This document shows positions 50,655 to 62,860 of a DNA stretch of 64,000 nt, one piece after another. The stretch spans positions 20,409,869 to 20,473,868 of the forward strand of contig OZ316892.1 of assembly GCA_973895155.1 (NCBI GenBank). The letters are read 5' to 3'. Both the position numbers and the translations under genes were made by a program. The notes under the pieces are model-generated. The model saw only the letters and a list, made by a program, of their open reading frames with translations. It did no database searches and was not told where the DNA came from. Every line of letters begins with the position of its first letter. The stretch's first letter is position 1. The DNA is from Marsupella aquatica (taxonomy: Eukaryota > Plantae > Marchantiophyta).

Positions 50655-51060
50655 CCAGTTTTAGTCCTCACCGCCTTTTTTCGGCAGCGGGTGTCTGTGG
50701 ATTTTCAACGGGCCCAGGCATTCACTCTCCTTCATAGGGCTAAGGCAGTTGGTTTTAGGCCTCCCGCCAGATTCTGCTCCGTGACCTTCCTATGCGGTTT
50801 ACTCTTGAACTCTACCAGGCTTTTCAATTCTCTGCTCAATGGGGTGTTAGCCTTCACACTCCTTTGTATGCTACATTTTGTCCTTGTGCTTTCTTTGGCT
50901 TGTGGTTGGGGACCTCTTGGCTTGTTTTTCTTGGGGCCCTTTCCCCCTTTTTTCCTCCCCTTAGTTGGATTGTTTTGCCTTTGGGATCCTATCTTTGGGA
51001 TCCTATTTCCCTGTTTGGCGTTTTCTGCCTTTGTGTAGTGTGATATTATTTTATTTCATG
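50655..51060 (+). mobile_element. 5'-truncated 3' end of a putative CRE-like (restriction-endonuclease-type) non-LTR retrotransposon
   Basis: FFRQRVSVDFQRAQAFTLLHRAKAVG resembles the QRxSVAxQRxxA C-terminus of RLE non-LTR elements. Followed by a T/C-rich 3'UTR-like tract. Confidence 0.5.
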
Positions 51061-52429
51061 TTGTTTGTAAACTTGTTCAACGTACTTGAGGAAAGCTGGG
51101 TCACTTGTCAGTGTGGGAGGTAATCTTTGAATATTTCTGAGATTCATGAACATGGCAAATGGCACCTTGTGCTATAGGGAGTAGAAGTTCAGAATATTCC
51201 TTGTTAAAATTTTGTACATTTATTCCCAATTGTAAGATCTCTTTAGATTTCAAAAAGATAAGCATCATGTGGTGGCTGATGGAGACTATGGTTTGGTGCG
51301 AAACTGGTTAATGACACCCCAAAACAAACATGGCAAATGATTGTGATGGAGGTGAAATTCGGTAAGTTTTAACCACTAAAAGAAAACCCTCCCTTCGCCC
51401 GATGCAAGTCCTGGACTGCTTTGGCCAATCTCTTACAGTACCTTAGCTACTGTCGATTTCTCATTCCCGATACTCCGTATGACAGTAATTGACGTTTTGG
51501 AAGAATGGGCTACCACAGAACGATTCCCAACTTTCCCCATCCTATCCAACCGATATGTTATGCTGACGTTTGAGCCCAGCCGCCAAGTGTCTGTCTCGAA
51601 TTGCTCTACTCCCTGGCTTTGTTCAACCACTCATATGTTACATGAGGATTTGTGCACTCTGCAGTCCATACTGCAATTACTTATTGACCCGATGGGCAAT
51701 AATAAAAATAACTTGCAACTGTCTTGACCTTTACTGTAAGTTTCAGGGCTATTCACTATTTTGGTGAATCTATTGTAGGTTATCTTAACGCGCTTCTTGC
51801 TTTCTCCCTTTTTATGTTTAAGTGCATTATTGGGGAAGAATGGCGGCCGTCAAAATTTGGATCACCCTTTATTAAGACTATCCCATACGTTTTCCTTTTT
51901 TCTTTAATTTTAATTAAGTTAGTATGCATAAAACCCCCCCTTTAAGTGTGTTAAGGTCCGGTTTCAATCCAAAATATAATGGGCATTATATTTGCATCAA
52001 TGGGACATTATTTTTTATTTTATATATACATAATTAGTAAATAATTCTATACTGACAGTGATGGTTTAAGCGTGAAAGGCATGATCAAGACTAACCAATG
52101 CAATTAGGGGCGCCAATGCCTGTTCACACTACCCAAACACTAAAATAAATACTATGCATAAGAGAAGCTGAGCACAGATCACATCATGAGTCACTGGCAG
52201 AAAAGGTTTTGTAAGGCAAGGATTAAAATTTATTGGGGACATTATTCTTCTAAGACTAATCCGACCCAAAAAGTGAAGCTTTTCCCTTGCTTGAGCAATA
52301 AATTCTGCCAGTTGTGTTGCCAAAAAAACCTAAGACGAAGGGCTCAATCTTCATTCAATTTGAGCTGTCAATGGGGTTGCCAATACTGAATGATTGGTCA
52401 AACCTGGGTATATGGGTTGGAGATCAAAT

Positions 52430-52453
52430 ACACACACACACACACACACACAC
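52430..52453. repeat. (AC)12 microsatellite
   Basis: Read directly from the sequence. Confidence 0.95.
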
Positions 52454-52819
52454 TGAGTTGGTCCATGGATGCTAAGTTTCTCAACCAAGACACTCTCCAC
52501 AACTGGTCTAAAACTTTGTGCCTAAGAGACATGGGTACATGCTACTAAAGTCTATGGGAAATGGGACGATTATTAAGTTCTACAGGAGGGAGAACAACTT
52601 CTCCTGGGCTGGAATGTTCACCCAAGTTTTGCCTCCCAGTGCATGTTGATGGGCTCAATGCAAGTTTGTTTGAACCCTAACTTAGGAACTAAGGGCAAGT
52701 CCCATACTTAGTGAAGGTATTGCAGGCTAAACTCCGTGCAGATTAATTTTCAGAGATTAGCCACATCGTGGCTCACAAGCTTCATATCCATGACGGCGCC
52801 AAGCTTAATCTAGCCGGTC

Positions 52820-52965
52820 AACTGAATTGTATCTTTTGGGGCTTGTTAGAAGATCTTTGCAACTGGTCTAATATCTCTAGTTCATGTGAAGACACAACTG
52901 AATTGTCTCTTGTGGGGCTGGTTAGAAGATCACCGGTCTAATATCTCTAGTTCATATGGAGACAC
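52820..52965. repeat. ~75-bp tandem duplication
   Basis: caactgaattgt..ggggct.gttagaagatc..ggtctaatatctctagttcat..agacac x2. Confidence 0.8.
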
Positions 52966-55053
52966 GAGATAGTTAATCTGAATTTCAAAAAATTACATCA
53001 TGATCACTGAGTGTCCATACTTTGGGCTTCCAAAAGTTTATGAGTAGTTGACTTTGACATTCACTACCTCCTTCATATCCATTTAATTGTGAAGTGATTG
53101 TTTACTATTATTTAGAAACTGTTTGGAAAGATCTTTCAAGTGAACTTAATCGTAGTCAAATTTCATTGAGAATTGAGAGTTCTGAAAATTAAAGATTGTC
53201 TTTTTTTTTAACACATTTCACTCTTTGGTGTAATATGTACTTATCATGAGTTTTGCTGCAATCCATCTAAATTGCCAAAATCTATCCGAGCATTTTTGCA
53301 AACTTGGAGTTCTCTAGCTTCAATTCAAAATTCTGGTTTGCATTATTTTGAATTAACTTGTAAATATTAAAATGAAAGTAATTTACTGTTTCGCACTTGT
53401 CCTGTCAAACCGGGACTACCGTATTATATTACAAGTTACAAGTTATGTCACACTTCTGTTCCTCGAAATATGGGGAAGGTATGCTACATAAATTATATGG
53501 TTTTTCTCGTGTCCCGCTGAGGAGTCCTTGGAGGTATCGCCAGGGACAATAACCCCATTCCCAAGGATCTAATCAAAACGAACAATTGCAGCGATTCATC
53601 CAATGGAGCAAGGCCGAAAGAACGCTGATCACATGGAGTAACTATGTACTACTCATAGCAGAATCTACAGTCCCGATCAACCCCCTTGAAACGCACGTAC
53701 CAGATTCGCCATCGATTCACGTCTTCATGATTTCGCTCCGTGTGAACCAGAGAGTACCTCGGCTCAGCTCACGACGTCGTTGAATTTCGTCTCTCTTTAA
53801 GTGCACACTCCCGGGACGAAGCACCCCGTTGCATTTAATAATGACTTCGTACTGTGTGACATACAGTAGTACAAAAAGAAACGTGGAATGTGCATTTTGT
53901 TGATTGTGCAGTTATCGAGATATCATAGGGGCACATTGAATTTAGCTCCACAAGTAAAGTGAACAGCATTAAGGACTCAACACCTCATCTACCCTTTGTA
54001 AATACAGAGTACCCAGATGATACAAGGAATCCTTAGGAACTGAGTTTACTGTAAAGTGCAACAATTTGGATCCCTGCAGTAAAGGTGATCCCCAACCCCG
54101 TTAATGCAAAAATTACTGTACGTAAAATTCAAATAATTTATACTCTGCGTCAAAATGCATCTCAGATCCCCCTTCCCGTGGGTTTTGGTGGGTTTTACTG
54201 AACCAAAATTAAATAAAATGCGTCTCATCAATACGTCATGGAGGATACTGTTCATAAACCCTTATAGAGGTTTTGCACTTATACAATAGTAGTTGTGAAA
54301 GTCTGACGGACGCTTTGCACTAAAGAAAAGCGCAAATTGGTAGGGAAGAACATGAAGCCGTGCAAATAGCCAGGGTTTACACTTATCAAATGCACTTAAC
54401 GAGAGACGACTGTACTTACCCCTCCGAGTTCGGGGATTGACGAACCCGCACGACTGTTGTTTGATTGCGTTGCAGCACCGTCATGACTACAGCCAACAGT
54501 AAGGCATTCCTCTGGGGTTTACCCAGGCCGTAGGATATCCATTTCAACGGTCAAGATGGGCGAGGACTGACTGTGGTACAGAGGCGCAGTAGGTATGAGT
54601 TGGGGATTCGGAATGTCAGATGTTAGGAAGGGTACGGGCTACCGGCTACTTCCGGTGACGTACGCGTGGCGCCATCCCGTGTAAGGGATTGCCGGTCATA
54701 GAAGTTACTACTTGGAGTGGTAACTGGGATGAAAACGAGCTTTTACGATACGTGGGAGGGAGTCGAGTATCAGAGTGACATAGAGGAGAATTGCGTTGAC
54801 GAGCAGAGCGATGGAGAAGAGTAGACTGTTTGTGTGAGGAATGTGAAGAATTTGACGAAGGGATCGCACGCGCAGAGCGGGAGAGGGCGAGCGGCGAGGG
54901 CCGCGGAAAGAGGAGAAGAATGGCAACGCATTGATGTTTTGTTAAGAGAGAACTGAGGTCGACGGAGGAAGTTGGTGAGGAGGATTCATATCGGAGGACG
55001 ACCACCGTCTTCGGAAGAAGTGGAGCAGAGACAGGGGACGGAGCTTGGGCGAG

Positions 55054-55352
55054 ATGGCGGGGATGGCGGCCATAGCAGAGGCGATCGGCGTCACGCTGCC
55101 AGTGCTGCAGTTTCTGATATGTTTTTTTCTCACAATCCCGTGCAGCTTTCTGCGGCGTTTCATCAAAGGGACTAGCTTACGCCATGCGTACTCGGCTCTC
55201 ACCGGCGCAGTGCTGTCATACTATTCTTTCGAGGCGGCGTCCAATCTTCTTTTTGTGCTGCCAATTTTCGGGTCCTATGCGTCAATGGTCTTTCTCAGGA
55301 AGAAAGCCGGTTTCATCACTGCCTTTATCGCGTTCACTTATCTCATCGGCTG
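55054..55352 (+). CDS. LPLAT1: LPLAT exon 1
   Basis: MAGMAAIAEAIGVTLPVLQFLICF...YLIG; donor GTATGA. Confidence 0.9.
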
Positions 55353-58300
55353 GTATGATCTATTCGTCTGTTTGGTGATGATTTATCTTTTAAGTGTTAT
55401 GTGCAATGATGTGTTTGAGTGTGTGTGCCTGAGCCAGGGCACGGATATGGCAAGGGCTACAGTAATTCGTCTCGTTAAAAAAATCACGATCTTTCCTTGA
55501 AAAGACTTTGATCCTGGTTTATAGGAGCGTCAATGCAATTTTGAATCCATCTTTGTACGGAGTCCCACAAAGTTTCAACTATCCGTCGCATGCAGGAGCT
55601 CCGGCTACTTGTTGATGAGAATTTCATCAAGGAATTGTCATTGGATATTGTGTGGTCACTGGAAAATCACCAGAATTTTGTTGAGTGCTGCTTTGGATCA
55701 ACTCCCATTGATAAGTGATGGATTACGTCTGACACTCTCATCAGGACTTAACGCCGCATGTGACGTGTTCCTCGGTTTCTCTCAGCTCTTAGACATCTTG
55801 TACTCCACGCCGCTTGTGGAGAGCCTGTTACTGTGTATCGCTCCGTTAGACGCTCAAGCCCTGGAAGCCTCTTGTACGCTGGTCAAGAGTGACGTCATTG
55901 ACGTTGGGAGGTGTGCAAGAAAACCAGCATTCCGAGCAGCTAAGATTACTCGATAGCGTCACGGTGATTAGGAAATCCTCTCCAAATTTATCTTCCTCTC
56001 TTTGGACTGTTCGACTTACAGACCAGAGAGACGGTCTCTCTCCAGTACCCTGAAAATACTTTACAAAGATTTAGCAGGCAGGACATCATTCCCTCCCTAA
56101 CCATTCGCTTACCTCTCCCATGAACAGAACGAGCTGGAAATTGACGGCATTATGCCCCGTTCTCTCCTAAGACTTTAAGATCCTAGGGGCAATGGGGAAT
56201 TTGTCCTCATTGTAGCCATCTCATGAAGGCTATGAGGTCTTAAATCTCCCCACAATGATTACCCCAGCATTCTAATCCGTTTCGTGCAGAGCAGCTGCAG
56301 GTGCGAGTTGACACAGAGAGATTGTAAGCAGAGAAGGGGACGTTATATTTCAAATTATTTAGTCTGCTAATGGGCGTTCGTTATTGAAGTGCAGCCACCT
56401 GTATTATATGAGCGGGGACGCATGGAAGAATGGAGGCATTGACGCAACCGGTAATGTGCTGCCAGAATGGATTTGTCACCTTTAGTACAAGGATTACTGC
56501 ATGTCATTTTACCGTTCAATAAATGTCACCTTTATTTATAACCCTAGCCAATTAAACTGGTGTTTTTAAGGAGGTACCTGCTCTATGAGCCATACCGTAA
56601 CTTGGACTAGTCATTGCTTGTTGAGCATCAGAGAACTTGCTGTTAATTTGTAACGAATTACCTGTCGAACTGACTTTGAAATTGGAGATTCCCGGTTCGG
56701 ATTTGTCCACATCTTCATGGTGCTTGCTTGCCCAAAGCAAACCGCTGCATTGTTTTGATATTGTCCAGAGAGCACACTGAGAGTAGTTAGGGACCTTCCA
56801 TCTAGATTATTCATTCCCTATTCATTCCCTAGGAGTTTTGTTTGTTTCTGAAATGAAAATCCAAGAAAATTTTCGTTACTGCTACACTAGTCTTCTTACC
56901 GTCTAATTTGGGCCAAACGACTTGCCCAAGTAAACATTGTCTATCTCAAAGAATTGTTTTATTTCATACGAATTCTAACTGTTTTTTCGGTCTCCTTCAG
57001 AATAATGGGATCCTGGGATTCTAGACTAATTCCGATGTCCCTACAATTGAGCGTGCAGGAGCCCTCATGGTTCTGACCTTGAAAGTCACATCAGCTGCCA
57101 TGAATTACCAAGACGGTTTAATCAAGGAAGAAGATCTGCGTGCCTCTCAGAAACGTAACAGATTGGTGAAGCTTCCTTCTGTGCTTGCATATTTTGGATA
57201 TTGCCTCAATTGCGGAACTCACCTGGCTGGACCCGTTTATGAATTGACGGATTATCTGGATTGGACAGAAGACAAAGGGGTAAGGATAGTTTTTGAAGTC
57301 CTCACTTTCTGATGCTTAAATTTTGGCGAAATAAACAAATCGACTGCCTGGGAAATGTTGAAGACGTTAGGCTCGTGATATTTGTCTTGACTATACAATA
57401 GATTAACTCTTCTCTGGCACTTCGATTGCAGTTGTGGAGCCCAAATCAATCGAAGCCTCCCCCATCGCCGTATGGTCCAGCGTTAAGGTCATTTATAAAA
57501 ACTCTTGTCTGCATGGCAATATACGTGTATCTCTCTCCCCGCGTGCCGCTTTCTTGGTATTCTGACCCGGGATACTATGAGTGGGGCTTTTTGAAACGAG
57601 TTGGTTATCAAATCTTAACTGGTTTCACCACACGATGGAAGTACTACTTTATCTGGTCAGTTCCAGAGACATCGGTCATACTGTCAGGTTTTGGGTTTAG
57701 TGGCTGGAAGGATTCTAAGCCGCTGTGGGATCGGGCTGTGAATGTTGACATCCTGCAAGTTGAACTGGCAACAAGTGCAGCAGCGTTGCCCGTCTATTGG
57801 AATATCCATGTCAGCACGTGGTTGCGTCACTGTATCCTTACCGCTTGTGGTTACTTCTGGTTATGTTGGTGAATATTGCGGCTTTTGCGTCGACTTCAAA
57901 TCAATGCATATTTCAGACTTTCAGGACGAACGAGTGTCTTTCGAAGGTCTTCTGCCTAAGTATTCTAAAACTTTGTCCTTGTATTTGTGAATTTACTTAA
58001 CTGATTCCTTGTAGATGTTTATGAGAGACTGATTCCTACAGGAAAGAAGGCTGGATTCTGGCAACTTCTTGCGACGCAAGTTGTCAGTGCTGTATGGCAC
58101 GTAAGTATTAATTCTTTCCAGAATCTAAAGCAGTTTATGACGAAATTTGTGCAAAGAGCCTTGGTTTCAATGATCTCTGTCTATGCGGATGCCAAGCGTG
58201 AAAATTAAATGATCGACTCCTGTCGTGTACTAGGGGGCCTACCAGAAATCTACTTTTCTAAGGTTGGAGGTTGGGTATGTTAGGAATATTTGTTGAAGGC

Positions 58301-59412
58301 TTTTCTTCGGAGTTTTTAGGCTGGATATTGTTGAGAGGTTCCTGAGGGAGACATGTAAGCTTTAACAAACTGCGCTGGTAAGGAGAAGAAGAAAGCCAAG
58401 CTGTCCTATAGAAGAGATGGTTGTGGAGAAGTCACCAAAGGCAGCTGAAGGATGGAAGTTTCTTTAAAATGTCCAGCTAAGCTGTCAAACAAGATACTGA
58501 AGTAGAAAGGTGCTGAGTACAGTTAACAAAGTAGTTAAATTAAAAATTGTTGTAACTTAACTTGGTGTGCCGTTTGGTGCTCTGCAGGGATTGTATGCTG
58601 GTTACTTGTTGTTTTTCGTTAACAGCGCTCTTATGATATCTGGCTCTAAAGGTACAAAGATTACCCGTGTTTGAAGCTGTCCACGGTATACTTTATAATC
58701 TTGAGCAGAATCTCTGCAAACGTCTATGAATGAAGGCCAGTATTGTTCAGACCATCTAGGTCTAATTACAGTCACCTGCCGATCTCCTAAAGGTCGGTAA
58801 GTGGTGCAAGATTAACGTTGTCCAGGATACTGACAATCATCTTCCTATGATTACAGCTATTTTCAGGTGGCAAAGGGCTCTTCCTGCAGATGCTGAATTG
58901 CCCCGCAAAGTGCTGCTTATTCTTAATTTTATGTACACGGTTGTTGTTCTCAACACCACTTGTATTGGTTTCGTGGTGAGTTGAAGCTCAACTCGCACCC
59001 TCTTGCTCATGCAAAGAATTCCACCATGAAATTGATTTATTAGCAAAATATCAGATGTTTCTGAGGCATATCTCCCCAAGGAAGCCTGTCGAAAGCCATA
59101 TTGAATTTTTGGACTATGCCTCAAAATGTAAGAAGTTTAAGCCCTCTCGGAGCAATGGGCTTCTTACATCTTGTCTTGTTTTGTAAGGTAGGCATATGTT
59201 TGTTCTGGAAATGATATCTGACGTGTGGCTAACTCTGATTGGCTGTGAAGGTATTGGGCCTGCGCGAAACGCTGGCCGCATACAGCAGTATATATTATGC
59301 AGGGACACTCCTTGCCTTGGCGCTTACTGTGTTTGGTTCAGTAGTTAAACCGCCACACGCAAAATCAAGATCATCAGCTGCATCAATGGGCAAGGTCAAG
59401 AAAACTACATAG
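55054..59412 (+). CDS. LPLAT1: lysophospholipid acyltransferase (LPLAT/LPCAT, MBOAT family), 8 exons, 468 aa
   Basis: Exons 55054-55352, 56395-56450, 57059-57279, 57432-57831, 58015-58100, 58588-58651, 58857-58975, 59251-59412, all GT-AG, 1407 nt, open frame. Motifs YMSGDAWK.GGIDATGALMVLTLKV, RWKYYFIW, WNIHVSTWLRHYVYERL, SAVWHGLY (catalytic His). Confidence 0.95.
56395..56450 (+). CDS. LPLAT1: LPLAT exon 2
   Basis: HLYYMSGDAWKNGGIDAT; tgcag/GTAATG. Confidence 0.92.
57059..57279 (+). CDS. LPLAT1: LPLAT exon 3
   Basis: ALMVLTLKV...WTEDKG; tgcag/GTAAGG. Confidence 0.93.
57432..57831 (+). CDS. LPLAT1: LPLAT exon 4
   Basis: LWSPN...STWLRH; tgcag/GTATCCTT. Confidence 0.93.
57832..58014 (+). other. 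U12-type (minor spliceosome) GT-AG intron
   Basis: 5'ss GTATCCTT; branch site TTACTTAAC at 57993-58001, about 12 nt before the AG. Confidence 0.85.
58015..58100 (+). CDS. LPLAT1: LPLAT exon 5
   Basis: VYERLIPTGKKAGFWQLLATQVVSAVWH. Confidence 0.93.
58588..58651 (+). CDS. LPLAT1: LPLAT exon 6
   Basis: GLYAGYLLFFVNSALMISGSK. Confidence 0.92.
58857..58975 (+). CDS. LPLAT1: LPLAT exon 7
   Basis: IFRWQRALP...NFMYTVVVLNTTCIGFV. Confidence 0.9.
59251..59412 (+). CDS. LPLAT1: LPLAT exon 8
   Basis: VLGLRETLAAYSSIYYAGT...KVKKTT-stop. AAG acceptor. C-terminal KKxx ER-retrieval-like motif. Confidence 0.88.
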   Translation, partial: VLGLRETLAAYSSIYYAGTLLALALTVFGSVVKPPHAKSRSSAASMGKVKKTT

Positions 59413-60892
59413 ACATGAACTCTTTTGCTGAAGCATAACGCCGAGTGCCATTTAAAGACTTTCACAGGAGAGGAAACTAAATATGTGGAGATCTCTTCGC
59501 CAACCTTGTGGAAGCCTCTTTTACCTGCCTTTATGACTGAGTGTTGTGAAGAATTGATTTGTACCATTGGTACGTGTTGGAAAAAAAGTCTATCGATTTG
59601 TTGGCTCTGGATAAGCAGGGTTTATCTGGAAAATTTATGAAAAGGTTGTCTCGCCCAAATGTGCAAAAGGCTATCTGGCATGTCATGTATGTGCACAACG
59701 TCTTCATTGCTACGGTTGCATGATTATCCAACGAAGGATTTGGAATGGAAGAGTTTTCAGGTGTCCAGTTAGCTGTGAGATTCTTGGATGTGGTGACACT
59801 TGAATACTTCTCAACACGTTTCCAACCTAGAAAGCAGTGTATAGTCGCTGGGTGTGGTATCATTCACTCGGTCAACTTGATGATCTCAACTTGATGATCA
59901 TTGTTTGGCCCGGTGAACGTATAATTGCACTGTTTCGGTTGCGGTTCTGGCCGTTTTTCACCTTTTGAGTAGTTGGTTATATCTCCTGCTTTGATCTTCA
60001 TGCTCCTAGCATTTTTGTGTTATTGATTGTGTCTTTGATTTCTCGCGTCGGCTGTCTACCCTCGCTCGGTACTTGCTTTCCCTTCCTTGGTTAGGACAAA
60101 ATTTACGACCTGATAAGTTCAATTCTCGAGAAGGGATGGTAGTGTCCAAAATTTGAATGGTATGGAGGATGACAATGGGAAGCACACCAGGTCCTGTAAG
60201 AAAAGGGAGAATGTACTCGAGAGTTGGGCAGGGGGATTATGTGTTTAACTTCACCCTAAAGATTAAACAAATTGGTCAGGGCTCTAAAGTGATGTAAAGC
60301 CCTTCCTATCTGGAGACCTCCCAAACAAAGCTCTCGGGATTTTATTTGGAGACGTCCCCCTGGGAAGTGCTTCACCTGACACAGTAATCTGGGATCCCCC
60401 CTTCCCTCACAAGGTCTGCTTCGACTAGTAGAACAGTTCGTGACAAGAATAAGAATTGGAGTAGTAACATGGGAATGTGTAGGCCTGAGGTACTGGAAAT
60501 TACTTGAATCCTGTCAGAACTGTAATAGCTATTCCATGATTTGTTCTAATTCATCAGTAATAGACTCCTGACGATGTTCAAGAGGCATTCAATGTGATCT
60601 AATGTCGGCTAGGAGTGGTGATTCCCGGCCTGCCATGTCTTCTACCCTGGGATTCCCAACGAGCCTTAGATTTCCTGACGCTCACAATGTCGGGCATTTG
60701 GGCAGGGCAAGACAATGTAGGGACGATAATATCAGGCATGGCACATGGTGAGTTGATAAGCATGCAAAGAAACTATTCCCGTGGAAGGAAAGCAATTTGA
60801 TCGGTTCCATTTTGGCAATTCAAGGAAGAGAAGCTTGTCTTATTGCTGCGCGAAACCGAACTCGCTTCGCAGACCATCAGGCAACAAAATAT

Positions 60893-61405
60893 TGAAGACC
60901 AAAGAGATCAGCTACAACCGCCTGGTGATCAACTACAGGCTAACGAATGCCACTCGAACACGGGAAGATTTGCAGTTGTGCACCATCGACTGAAGACCAA
61001 AGAGATCAGCTACAAACCATCCGCCTGATGATCGACTACAGGCTCACGAATGCCATTCGGACATCGGAAGTTTTGCAGTTCTGCGCCACCGACTGAAGAC
61101 GAAAGAGATCAGCTACAAACCATCCGTGTGATGATGATCAACTACAGGCTCACGAATGCCACTCGGACATCGGAAGTTTTGCAGTTCTGCACCACCGTCT
61201 GAAGACCAAAGCGATCAGCTACAAATTGTCCGTCTGATGATCAACTACAGGCTCACGAATGCCACTCGGACATCGGAAATTTTGCAGTTCTGCACCACCA
61301 ACTGACGACCAAATAAATCAGCTACAAATTGTCCGTCTGATGATCAACTACAGGCTCACGAATGCCTCTCGGACATGGGAAGTTTTGGAGCTGTGCACCA
61401 TCACT
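60893..61405. repeat. tandem repeat, ~98-106-bp unit x5
   Basis: Units start TGA(A/C)GAC at 60893, 60991, 61094, 61200 and 61303, with shared gatcagctacaa...actacaggct.acgaatgcc...tttgcagtt.tgc.cca. Confidence 0.95.
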
Positions 61406-62439
61406 GAACAAGTTGGAATAATCGACCACCAAGCTGAAGCGGCGACCGCAAGTTGTCCGGTGATTTAGCCACGTACTACGGTCAGCCGATCCTTCACTGT
61501 AACCAATTATCCTTAATTCGGCACCTCGAAGTACTGACGTGTCAAGTACCGTATGAACTATCATGTACACGCACAAAATAAATCTTACTACAAAATTCCA
61601 AGAAACTGATGATGAGGTTCATTAAGATCACAATTTTAAATGAGTATGGACAAAAAAAAGTATCACTACAAGACAAAAAAAAAAGACAAAAAAAGAGGAA
61701 TGTTCCAGGAGGAACATGATATATGGACAAAAATGACATTCACTTTTTAAATAAAGATAAAACTGAAATGAGAATGGACAAAAAACAAGGATGAGGCAAA
61801 GACTAACTAAAATATATATACATTATAACTTTATTGTGCAAAATTATCTGTTTACTTTCAAGGAATGGGTCATCGGGTTAGTCATATTAAATACCATAGA
61901 ACCTATATGATACTAAGCCCTGATTTACACAGGGGGTTGTTTTGAATCCCCATGGATTTCCAAAGCCAGGATGTTAGCACTGGTCACACAAAACTTCTTA
62001 AAATGTTCAGATAACCTTCGTATAGTAATATTGATATGTGACATGTAAAGGTCAGGGAAATGTGAATTGTAGATGGGCTCCTGAACGTTTGCAAATGGGT
62101 TTCAATCAATTTATGCAAAGGGAAGGCGCTGCTCAATGCACAACCTACTCAGGGCGTACTTCACATAAGTGAAACATCCTTCCCAAAAGTTGTAAGTTGT
62201 TGTTCATGCCCAATGTCCAAACTACTCTGTGTCCTTCACAAAAAGATGTGTGTTTCCCAAAAGAGAAGTGACCTTTCTAAAAGGGTCATTTAGCCAAAAC
62301 CACTCAAGGCATCATGCACAAAAGTGAAGAGTGGCTTATAAGATTTGACCATTTTGCACTTATTGGTATTGGAGCAAATGATCTGGGAAAAACTTCAAAA
62401 TTTGGAGTGAACTTTTGGAATGACCTTGTAACAGCGTGC

Positions 62440-62860
62440 ACTCCTGCAAGTCACAATGTCAATCCTGCAAGTCACAATGTCATTTGTGACTTGCACACCT
62501 TGTAGCAAGAGAAGCACTCTGAAAAACAAGATTCCACCATAGTGCTCCTGCAACTTGCAGCTCACTTCACACAATTATTCAAAGTGCCCCTTCTAACAAG
62601 AAAAGCACAGTCATCTCTCTAAAAAAAACATTCTTCAAAGTGCCCCTTGTAACAAGAAAAGCACAGACAGTCACCTCTCTAAAAAACATATTCTGCAATA
62701 GCACGCATGCAAGTAGCAGTGTCACTTTGCAAAAGTATTTGAAGCTATCTTCGTAAGAAAGCAATGGTCTCTGAAAGACAGGATTCTACAAGAGTATTCT
62801 TGCAAGTTGCAACTTATGTCACTTTGCAACAGATCAATGCCTCTTGAGCAAACTATTCAA
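62440..62860. repeat. degenerate tandem repeats (21-bp duplication; ~57-bp duplication aaagtgcccctt.taacaagaaaagcacag)
   Basis: Read directly from the sequence. Confidence 0.65.
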
